A DNA stretch of 45,736 bases. Source: Proteromonas lacertae (lineage: Eukaryota). The notes beneath the pieces were generated by a model, which was not told the origin of the DNA, did no database searches, and saw only the letters and a program-made list of their open reading frames with translations. Positions 1 through 11,488 of the stretch are shown in pieces (positions within the stretch are counted from its first letter, which is position 1; every line of letters begins with the position of its first letter). Position numbers and translations under genes: made by a program. The stretch lies in assembly GCA_002245135.1 (NCBI GenBank), contig NGBS01000048.1, positions 1-45,736 on the forward strand. The letters are read 5' to 3'.

Positions 1-1222
1 TCCACTTACTATATATTTATGATCAATATCTAAATCTAAACATAAAACAGTATCTGTATGTCCTTTTAGAAAATTTACAAGAAAATGAATCAATATTAAA
101 GATTCTTATCTATTTTATATATTAATAAGAAATAATATTATATATTATATATACTAATTCTGAATTAGATGCAACGGCTATTCTATTATCATCGATATAT
201 TTCATATCAATTATTTCATCATTAAATCCTGCAATTTGATTGGTTACTTCTAATGTTTCAGAATTGTAATATAAAAAGTTACATTCTTTGGTTATTCCTA
301 TCAAACTATCTTCATCTTTATTGTATAATAAATGGATAAATGGTTGGTTTATATTACTACTATTCTCCTTTTCTGCTGATTCACATTTTGTAACTATATT
401 GATTATTCAATTTCTCAAAAATTTCCATTTCTTTAACTTTCCTTCAGCTCCACAGGTTATAAAATATAATTCGTTTATTGTACTATTCTTTAAACACTTT
501 ATTCCTTCTAATTCTTCATAAAATTAATACAGTCTTTAATAATGAGTAGTTTTGACTGTTGTATATATTCACTACTTTATCTCTACCAGCTGTACACATC
601 CATTTGTTATTTATCTGAAAAGGAAATTGAACTACATACACTTAAATGTTCGGTTAAAATCTTAATACAGGTGTTTATAGTCAAATCCCAGATTCTAATC
701 TTTGTATCATCACAACAGGTTATTAAATGTAGTTGAAATGGGTTGAATATTAAGAAATTAATCACTCCTTCGTGATCTCTGAAATTATGAGTACAGAAGC
801 CTCCTTCGATATTCCATACTTTAGCTGTATGATCGCTACTACCTGTGGCTAATAATTTTCCTGTGCTTTCAAAACACATTGACAATATTGGTCCATCGTG
901 AGCTTTCCATTGTCTTACACATTCCACCCTGTTGTTAAATCCCAATGACGTATCAGGAAATTTTGACTTGCAGTTATAATTTCATTTTTAACTGGATTTA
1001 GTTCAAAACAGATTATTTTCTCAGCATCTCCCTCTGGTTTAAGTTTTCTGGTAATTTGGGCCATTTTTTGTATCGAAAAAAGTAACACTGCCTTCATTCT
1101 CACAAACCAAAATCGAAGGATCAAGTGCATACTGTATTTTTCCACCTGTATAGAAGCTTTCATAGTTTTTCTCTACCTCCCAAACTTTAGATGTTCCATC
1201 ATTCCTGTAATTTCAATTCCAT
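1..1222 (-). CDS. TBL3: U3 snoRNP WD40 protein TBL3/Utp13, 5' part; runs off the left edge
   Basis: Joined reading gives ...KNYESFYTGGKIQ..., LIRHWDLTTG-ECVRQWKAHDGPILSMCFESTGKLLATGSSDHTAKVWNIEGGFCTHNFRDHEGVI and AGFNDEIIDMKY..IAVASNSE, all typical Utp13 motifs. Apparent frameshifts near 930, 1060 and 1200; short introns further on. Confidence 0.9.
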
Positions 1223-1284
1223 TTCAACCAAAATAGAAATGACAGGCTTGACAGAAAGCTTGAATTTTATCAGTTTAAGAGAAA

Positions 1285-3812
1285 ACGGGAGATAACGTAG
1301 AAAGACGTATACTTGGAGTTCCATATATCTATTAAATAGGATTATCAAGGCCCAGAAGGCTTGATCCAATAACAGGACTGTCTACCCCAACTTCTAGACG
1401 TCAATCATCGATTCGTAGGATATCAAGATTAGCTGGTCCAGGTATTATTATTTTATCATTGTCTAGGCTGCTGATGACCAGTACGGAAATGTAGAATTAC
1501 AACATCAGTATATTTCTTATATTTCATAATTAATAGTCGAACTTCAACCATAGTTGGCCGATCCAGTCCAATAGTATTTTGCTTGTATTTATTATGTAGG
1601 ATTTAGATTCACCACTTCCTAAGTGTAAATCACCACTAAGTAGCCAATCAGGTGTATTTACATCGTGTTTTGATTCAAATTCGAGTATACCAGAAATTGA
1701 TGATGAACTGGCACATATAAAACCAGATAAACCGTTTATAAAAAGTCCAATAGATGCATCAGCTACAAAATCAACAAATAATCTGCCGAAAGGTCTAATC
1801 CTGCAACAGCAACAAGCAAACAAAACAGTAGCAACAACAACTACCACAGCAGCTAAAACTGCAAACACAACAACACCATCTCCGATAGGTAAAGCTCCAC
1901 CAATCAATTCCAAAGCAGCGAGTAATCCTGGTGTGAAAAAATCACCCATTGTACAAGATAAAAAAGTAACTACTACACAGAAATCTAATGTAAATACAGT
2001 GAAACAATCAGCATCACAAGGAACATTATCGCCATTATCTAAACTACCAACTGGTATAAAACCACCCACAACAACAACAACAACAACAACAGCTAAACCT
2101 GCTGCTGCTGCTGTATCAACTACTGCAAAACCATTAACAAATGTAAAATCAACATTACCAGCTGCAAAGCCAGCTAATTCTACTACAAATGCTGCTAAAC
2201 CTGTAGCAAAGCCTACAGCAGCTGCAAAACCAACAGCAAATACAGAATCATCAAAATCACTCCCTCCGCTAGGTGGAAATGCAAAAGCAGCTAACAATAG
2301 TAAAGTAAATAATTTAAAAATCAATATGGATGAAGTACTAGAAGAAGACAAAGGAGAAGATGTAATAAATAAACAAATAGAATCTAGTGTAAAGAAATTC
2401 GATACTGGTACAAAGAGTTTTGTAGTCAATATACGTTATGTAGGTAGAGGTAATTGTGCAGTAGTATACAAAGGTGTTCATGTTCCATCATTAACTATTG
2501 TAGCAATTAAAGAAGTGAAGATTATAGATGAAGCAATCAGAAAACAGTTTATTAATGAATTGAATGCTTTGAGTTGTAATAGAGTATTTATGACAACCAA
2601 TGGAACAATGTCATTACCTCCATGTCCATTTATTGTTTCATTTTATGATGTATTTAATGATGAAACCAAAGGTAGAACTTGTATAGTAATGGAATATATG
2701 GATGGTGGTAGTTTACAGGATATTATAACACACAATGAAGGAGGTATTAGAGATGAAAATGCATTGTATAATATATCATATGCAATAATGAAAGGAATTA
2801 ATTATTTACATAGTCGACATATGATTCATCGAGATATCAAACCTTCAAACCTTTTAATTAATCATTTTGGAGATGTAAAGTTATCTGATTTTGGTATAGT
2901 TAAGGAATTATGTAATAGTTATGGTATTGCTGATACATTTGTTGGTACTTTGCCTTATATGAGTCCAAGTAGAATTGGTGCTGAAGAATATAGTTATGGA
3001 AGTGATATATGGTCATTTGGTTTATCAATCTATGTATTAGCGAAAGGAGAATTTCCATATGATAAGAATAAAGACTATTGGACGATTCTTGAACAAATTA
3101 AAGACAATCCTGCTCCAAGATTGTCTACTAAAGAGTTTTCTAAAGAATTTTGTAATTTTATTGAGATGTGTTTGAATAAAGATGAGAGTAAAATACCAAC
3201 TATTAATCAACTATTTTCACATCCATTTTTTAAAGGTAAAAAGCCAGTAAGATCACAAAATGTATATATATATATATATAAACTATTTTTTAAAATGAAG
3301 AAAATATATATATAAAACAAAAGACGGAATTAATAGAAAATATATATTATTATATTCTTTGTTATGAATGTCGATTTTATACAGATACTTCTGATTGAAT
3401 TAATCTATTATCTATTATTATTATTTATAATTTTTTATATTCTAATATATTTTTATAGCCTCTTAATACAAATACATGTAGAAGAGAGTTAGATGATGTG
3501 ATAGACAAAGTCTTATCATTTCATGTAAGAAATCAGTATAACAAAGTGTTAGAAGAAGTAAAAAGAACAAAAAATCAACATCCAGCAATAGAAAAGACAA
3601 TTAATTTACCAATTTATTCAGAGACTATATTAACCCATTTGGCTAAACAGATTGGTTTGACATTTAATGAGACATATCAACATTATTCTAAGAGATGCCA
3701 AGATATGATAAATTTAGTTAAAGATAAAGGATTATTGTATAAAGATCCTGAAAATGGTAAAACAATTGGTGAAAGATATTCTGTTGATGAAAGGAATTGT
3801 TATTTTGGATAA
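1285..3812 (+). CDS. MAP kinase kinase (STE7 family) with long T/A/K/P-rich N-terminal extension
   Basis: VGRGNCAVVYK, VAIK, HRDIKPSNLLIN, DFG, activation loop S-x5-T (SYGIADTFVGT), YMSPSRI. Short 5' introns (e.g. 1307-1339) and a longer intron 3262-3458. Start codon uncertain. Confidence 0.9.
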
Positions 3813-3897
3813 TTAAAGTACTTTAAAATAATTAATTACATCTTGTTTTTTTATGATGTTTTATTAAAAAAGAGATTTAAAAATAAAGAAATAATAA

Positions 3898-6385
3898 TTA
3901 ATTTATTAATTGAATCAACTTTGAAGCAAGTGCAGCATTATCAGGACTTTCATTTACAAAAGTATTTATATTCTTTATTAAAGCATCACCATAAGGAGTT
4001 TTATTTTGTAATAAAGCAGATGCAAAATCAACAATATTATCTTGACATAATGGATTTCCTTCTTCATTAACAGGATAAATCAATCTAAAAACACCAACAA
4101 ATAATCTATTACTTAACATATCAACTCCAAAATCACCATTCTTTACAACATTTCTTATTATTTCAGAGGCAATTTGACAAGTATCCACTTCATTTAAAGC
4201 ACATATTAAATAATCCATTATTGATAGAATTACATGTTTCCATGTTTCTCCTTGTTCTACTATTTCATTTATTTGATTTTCATTGGATATTGCACAAATT
4301 ACTAATTCATTTAAAATATCTAAATGATTCAAATCCAATACTTCTAATTTATTTGATTCTATAAATGTCAAGAAACATTCTATCAAATCAGATGGATGCC
4401 AATATTCAATTATTCCACTTATATGTATTGTTGTGGTAGTTTGATAAGGATATAAAATATCATTCACCTTCTGTAATAATGGTTTATAAATATTAGTAGG
4501 TAAAGATAATAAACATTCAATAAATGGATAATTCATCTGTGAATAAAGAGGTAATAAATGAACACCATAACTTAAAGCAACCATTAAAACATTTGGTGGA
4601 TTAGTTGGTATTAAAATATCTAAATATATTCTAATTAAATCATCTGAAACATTACTATTATTATCATTATTGGAGGTTAATATGTTATAGATTAGAATCA
4701 CTAATTGTGCTTGAACTTCCCACCATTTATCATTTCGAATCGTCATGATTTGATCATAACAAGCCAAGACAGCATTCAAATCTCTTGTTGCTAAATTTGC
4801 TAAAATACAAACACCACTTGCTCTAACTGTTGGATTTGGATTCTTCAAGCCGATTTGTGAGTAATATAAATATAAATCTATTATCTCCTGTGGTAATTCA
4901 TATTCACTATTTATTAATATTGACATAGAAAGAATAAAACATGGAATATTATCAATTTTTTCTTTCAACATCTTTAATACTCTGCTTCTATCAGGATTAT
5001 CACCTGTTACAAAGTAAGATAAAATATTCATTAAAAATTCAATTCTATCACTATAATGACATATTAAAACTGCAAATTTTGGTAATAAATAATCACAAAA
5101 TAAACCAGATGATAGTTTCTTATCTTGTTGTGCTATTCCTTCAGCAAATAACTTCATAAATGATCTAAAAGTATCAAATACTTGAGTATTCAATGGTAAA
5201 TATTGAAATACTGGATATAATAAATCAGATAAATTCCAAAACTCTCTTGGGGAATTACAACAGATTTGAATTAAAGATTGAACTTTGGTTAAACATTCAC
5301 TAAATATTGCATTTAATCCATCAATAGCTGTGTTTGGAATATTGTTATTTCCACCATTCATTGCTTTCTTTGATAATAAATCAGTGATTGCGATGAAAGG
5401 GATGGGAATTGTATCATCTATTTTATGTTGTTCCTTTGCTGCATTGTCGAAGAATTCTAATATGGAAAGTGGACCAACAGGGTGTGAAACATCATCTTTG
5501 ATTGGAGCACCAATTGATGCAGAACTTTCTAATCTACTAGCACTTCTATATTTAATAAATATATATCAATAAATATCATATATATATATATATATATATA
5601 CGATGAAGCAACCTGTAATTCCATTTGTGCTCTTACATGACTCACATTTTTATCAACTTGTTTAACTTCAACTTTCTTAGCATCAACTGCTGGGATTGGC
5701 TTACTCTGAGTCAATGTTCTGTTTACTCCTTTTACTGTTCTTGTTGCATTTATACTACCTGACATTGAACTATATCTATTTGGATTCAATATCTTATCAT
5801 CTTGTAATTTAGTTTCATGGTTTTCTAAAGTATGTTGCATTCGATTGGAGATATATTCGTCATTCTTTGAATCTGCTACATCTCCTTCTTTCATTGATAG
5901 ATGTATTGCTGTTGAAGCGTTAGTCTTAGCATAACCAGGAACATCTTCATTTTGATCAATCTTAGGGATTTTGATATTACGGTTTGTTAGATGTTTGTAA
6001 CATTTTGCTAAGAATGGAATGACAAATCCTTCATTACAGAATATAATTCCATCAACTTCTTCCTTTGTGTATTTAATATCAATTTTGTCAAGCAGTAACA
6101 TAATCTGACCCCAGTTATTTTTTTTGCATGCTAATGATGAGCCATTCTCAAAAGAATGCATTGATATTTCTGATGGATAGTATCTTGAGAAGATTTCTGC
6201 AACTAAAAATCCATTACAAAAATCCCTATAGTAACATTAAACATTTTTTACTATACCTCTTGGGATTTTTTATTGAATATGACAAATCTAATGTCTGAAA
6301 CCATTTTAAAAGCTAAAATAAATTAAATCTACAGTAAATATACTTCTCTGGGAACATTTTCACGAGCTGGTGCTTTGCTATACAT
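3898..6385 (-). CDS. SPATA4: SPATA4/SPEF1-like calponin-homology (CH_2) protein with long helical C-terminal region
   Basis: Spliced N-terminus MYSKAPARENVPRE|LLKWFQTLDLSYSIKNPKR|DFCNGFLVAEIFSRYYP..MHSFENGSSLACKKNNWGQI matches the SPATA4-type CH domain; joins ORF 3898..5361 through an intron near 5550-5600. Confidence 0.8.
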
Positions 6386-6536
6386 CCAAAATTAAAAAAA
6401 CGTTTCTTTTCAAAACGAATGTCAAGCTTAATTCAAGCATTAACAATAATATTTTTTTAAACAATAAAAAACGTGTAACAGGGTATATATGACTTTAATT
6501 TTATATAAAAAATTATAATTACATGGAAAAAATTTA

Positions 6537-7197
6537 TTAATATAAATCAGGATTTATAAAAGGAATTAAACTCAAACTAACAGCCTGGGAATAAAAGATA
6601 CTTCGATCGATTATTCCATTGGTTAATATTCCTACTGTCCCATCATTTTGACCACTGTTCTTTCGACTAAATATTAAATCATCAGCTTTACCTAACTCAA
6701 TTCCATCTATTTATATATTAATATTATAAATACATACTACTCACTAATTCTTGAACATTTGGAGGAATTATAAATGATCCAGTTCTACCAAAACCCCATT
6801 TGTTATCACTTGGTCTTAAAACGGCTATCCAAGCAAAACATACCATACTGTTTCGACTGATTTGATGATCGTCAAATATTGGCTCATCTTTCACTCCTCC
6901 TTCTAAACCAATTATATAAGAAGGAGTAGAAGAGGAATTCTCTTGTTTGTATTTATTAAGTGCATCAATCACTCGATTTATTGCTCCTTGTCTCGTCTCT
7001 TTCTCGCCAATGGGTTGACAAGACACTTTTGAATCAGAAGCACAGTCTATACAATTAATTTTGCAATTTTTGAAAATCTATTATCTGCATTACATTAAAT
7101 ATTATACTTTTGAAAATCCATCTCGACAAGCTTTCACTTTTACTGGATTCTTTGAAGCAACTAATAAATTAAGACTATTTTCAATAGGTATTGACAT
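6537..7197 (-). CDS. yjjX: Non-canonical purine NTP phosphatase (ITP/XTPase, YjjX / NTPase_I-T family)
   Basis: Spliced: LLVASKNPVKVKAC, VSCQPIGEKETRQGAINRV, IGLEGGV, FAWIAV, GIELGKADDLIFSRKNSGQNDGTVGILTNGIIDR..YSQAVSLSLIPFINPDLY*; two short introns. Confidence 0.9.
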
Positions 7198-7385
7198 TTT
7201 GTATATAGATCTTATTAATTTATGAGAATGTGTTGTATGTGATGATAAAAACATAATCAAGCCAAATTATTATGCTTGATTATCTTGATCTGAGTTTACC
7301 TCACATTTGATTTTTTGTTATTTTCTCGATTATTCAGGACGTTAATAACAAAACAACAATTCATATATAATATTAATGAAGATAA

Positions 7386-9575
7386 TTATATGAATATGAT
7401 GAATATTGTTGTGAATATGAATATATTGAAAGTAAATGTTAAACCTTTATTACTTTCATCACTATCACCATTATCATCATCATCGTTATTTGTTCTATCA
7501 CTTATTCCTTCTTCTTTCTTTATTTGTTTTATTCTATCTTCAAATTCTTTAATAGCATCATTTTTCAAGTTTTCATTACACTCAATAAAATTATTACCTT
7601 CAAATTCAACAAATTTGTGATAATATCTTTTATGATTTTCCCTTACTAAATACTTATCTTCATATCCTTCTACTATGTAAAGATTATTATAATTCTCATC
7701 TCTACTGCTATAATAATCATCTTTTTTAATGCCAAACTTAAACCCACTATAATCAGTGAGATTTTTATTGTTATAATTATAATTATTTGAATAAAATACT
7801 TTGTTGTATAATGAGAGTGATATTATATCATCTAGATCTCCTTGTAAATTAGTTTTTAAACACTTATCATCAGGAATTGGTTTGGTGTATTTTGTTATTC
7901 TATTGATTATTTCATTTAATTTTGTTGAATCATATTCTCTTAATGATATTGTTTCATCATCATCAAAATCACCAATGCTGTGGATTGTTAAGTTTGCTCC
8001 TTTTTTAGTAATACTCAAATTATATTCTCTATGAATATGTTCATATGTTAATTCATCAAATCTCACTTCACATTTCTCATATTTTGTGTCTTTATCTTTT
8101 AATGGAATGAAAGAACTACATGATTTATCATCATCATATTCAGGATCATATATTGGTTCTACTCCACTCTTTTCTTTATCAACTACTTCATCTTCAAAAT
8201 CTTCAAATCTCACAGATTCTATTTAGATAGCATAATAAAAATGAATAATACTTGTTTCTGAATCTAATTTTAATATTAATTTCAGTTGTTTGATATATCC
8301 TATATTATTATTATTATTTGTTTGCGTTATTATTGTTAAGATATCATCAACTACAAAATATCCTTTGTAATAATCATTGTAACTTTCTTTTATTTCTTCA
8401 TAATAATATCCTTTTGTTGTTTCTTTTATTAATTCTTTATTTTTCTTTTTGTTATTATAAGACGAGTTTCTTATATTCTTTTTATATGCATTACTGTTCT
8501 TTGCATTATTATAAACTACATCAAAAGCATCGTTAAAAACAGAATCAAAATCAGATACCTTTTCAAAGAGTGGAGTTTTTACCATATTCCAGTTATCTTC
8601 ATTGTAATTATACAATGAAGAAATGTACTTACACTCATTGTCCAAACATATTAACGCTGAACTATCATCTTCACCATCTACAGTTTCATCAGTAACTTTC
8701 GTATAATTTCCTTCATTTTTCAAAAACCAATTTGCTGTAACTACTTCAAAACTATTCTCAATATACTTTATTCCTAACATTCTGTTATTTTTTAATCTAA
8801 TTACAAAATCTTTATCTCCAAATAAACTTTTAAGAGAGAAATTATTTGATGGTAAAGCATATGTATTTATATTCATATTGTTCAATATAAAACTTGTTGT
8901 TTTTAATCTCACTATAAAGATGTATAATATACTGAATACTATAGTCGTTCATTTCATGCTTTTCATTATTTATAGTTAAATAAATTGCATCATTGTATTT
9001 ATTTTGTATATGTGTGATTTGAGTTGCATTCTTCATTTCTTTTATCATTTCTTCAATCTCGTTTATACCATTTTCACATTTACTTTTCAATTCTCTATAT
9101 TTAATAGAAGATAAAAGAATTATACTTATAACTATATTCTTTACCATAATCTACATCACATTCTACTATTTTATATCTATTACTAAACCAGAATCTTGAT
9201 TTCTCTTCATCCAATTCTACATTCTTAATATTGATTAAATCAGTTTTATTTTCAGATTCATAAGTAAATATCCATATATAATAATAGTCGTAACTTCTTC
9301 GAAAAACACCAATTGCATCATCAGTAACATATAAATTATAATCTGAGTAAGAATTATGATAGTCCACTCCAAAATTCAATGATGAGTTTACCAGTGACTT
9401 AATATTTGTTCTACTATTGCCATTAACATTAAAATCTCTTCTTAGAATACTTTTCTTCAAACTTTTGAACATACTCTCTTTGTTCTTATTTAAACACAAT
9501 ATTGGGGTTAACAATATTACAAAGAATAAAACTATATATTTTAATCACTCATAATATACTTCTAATACTCTTCAT
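7386..9575 (-). CDS. Uncharacterised secreted, probably GPI-anchored surface protein (paralog A)
   Basis: Spliced signal peptide MKSIR|ILFFVILLTPILC; ORFs 9101-9514, 8842-9147, 8223-8912 and 7386-8213 join through GT-AG introns; ends in an acidic spacer plus hydrophobic tail SNKGLTFTFNIFIFTTIFIIFI*. Confidence 0.75.
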
Positions 9576-10026
9576 TTTTGAAAAATGGAAATGAGAAACG
9601 GTTCAAAAATTTCATTCTTTCAATTCTATTGGCTATATTCTTATACTGAGTTAAATGAGTGTCTTTTGATGATATTTATAACTCATATTTGATTAAAATA
9701 CTCCAAATATTGTTATGAAAGAATAAAATAGAGTTTAGTAAGTGATGTAGAGAATGGTTAATTAGCTTAGAGAGTAATGTAGATTATTAGTATAATTTTG
9801 GTTATAATTTACAAGTGAATATTTAATTTTGTGGTTTATATTATTATTTGCTTAACTATAAGACTTTGTTAGAGTATTTGCTCAAATAATGGTTTTCACA
9901 TCTAATGAACATAAAAATATACTCCAATGAGTAATATTGAATCAAATAAATACTATGAAATATAAACCATAACAATTTTCTAATTAAACCAACAATAATC
10001 AACAGATAGACAATTATATATATATA

Positions 10027-11395
10027 TTAGTAGTGTGTATCATTTACCAGATGAACTTCAAATTCATCATCATTATCATCAACATTTACACTATTTCGAA
10101 ATTGACTGTCAGAGATAGAAATTAATGGTTCTTGAGGTACTGAATTGGTAGTTATTCTTATTTCGCTGTTATTTGAAGAAAACTTCTTTTCAGCTTACTA
10201 ATGTGGGTGTAGAATTTGGACTTTCTTCATTCTTATTTTCATCATTTCTATTATCAATTATATTCATATTATTTAACATTATTTTATCATTTATATCAGA
10301 AGAAGATGATGATGAAGGAATATTCTCATCTTCATCATTATTATTCATTATAGTTGATTCTTTAGTGTATATTCCTTTCTTAGTTGTAATTATGTTATTA
10401 TTATCATTAATTGTAGGAGAAGGAGGTGGAAGAATTGAAGATGGTATATTTTCATATTCATTATTATTATTATTACTATCATTATCGTATTGTAATTGTT
10501 TAATATGAGTAGGAGGAGGAGGAGGAGGAGAGGTTACTATATCATTACTATATTCTTCTTCATCATTACTATAGTTATTAGTTTTATTCATTATCTCACT
10601 CATTTTCATTTTCATTGGAATATATATTGAACTATCAGTAGTTGGATTTCTTCTTATTGAATTACTAATTGTTCGATTATTATTATTATCATTCAAGTTG
10701 ATTGTATTTGGTAATAAAGGATTGGAATGAAGTGTATGTAATAACATTGGTGATTTTTCATAAAAACTAGAAGTAGTTCAAATTATCATTATCTATTTTT
10801 CCTATTGATTTCTTTAAACCTCCTAATGTATTTCTTTTCTTTCTTTCCTTATTATTACTACTTTTCATACTATCAGCATATATATTTTCATTATTATTTA
10901 AAAATGATGTTTTTGAATTTTTATCTCTCATTCTATCAGTGTTTTCATTCATTAATTTAGAAGTATTATTATTACCATAATATGGAGGTAATAATGAAGT
11001 ACCATTTCTTGTCTTTGATATTAATTCTGTTCTTTTCATCGTTTCTCTAATTGTATGATGCTGAGTGTTAATTGTGGATGATAATGTCACATTTTGATTC
11101 TTTAAATAATCAATATAAACTTTCAACTTTCTTCTTTTTGTTACATATCTCCATGAATGAAATACATAAATGTATAATTCTATAAATACAATGTCTTTTC
11201 TTCACTACTTTCAGCTTTACGATGTAGACTTAAATAATCGTGAATAAATCACTCGTATCTTAAATCCTTCAGAAATTACATCTTTACAGCTTAAGAAGAA
11301 TGTTTCACAATTCTAAAAAGTAGAAATTTAGTAAAACATACTGAAAGATCATCCATATTTACACCAAAAAAAGGAATGCTTGAAGAACAACCCAT
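10027..11395 (-). CDS. Hypothetical Asn/Ser/Pro-rich low-complexity protein
   Basis: ORFs 10767-11126 and 10190-10747 plus a spliced 5' exon (MGCSSSIPFFGVNMDDLS|NCETFF); several apparent frameshifts; start could be the downstream ATG near 11356. Confidence 0.5.
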
Positions 11396-11488
11396 AAATC
11401 AAAATAAAAATTCAAATTAATAACGACTATTTTTCAATACAGCTAATACATGTGTATTTGTATAAATTTCTATCTTTCAGTTTTATCA

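Noticed and set aside
1530..2429. 299-aa minus-strand hydrophobic ORF
   Set aside because: Antisense shadow of the low-complexity N-terminus of the MAPKK.
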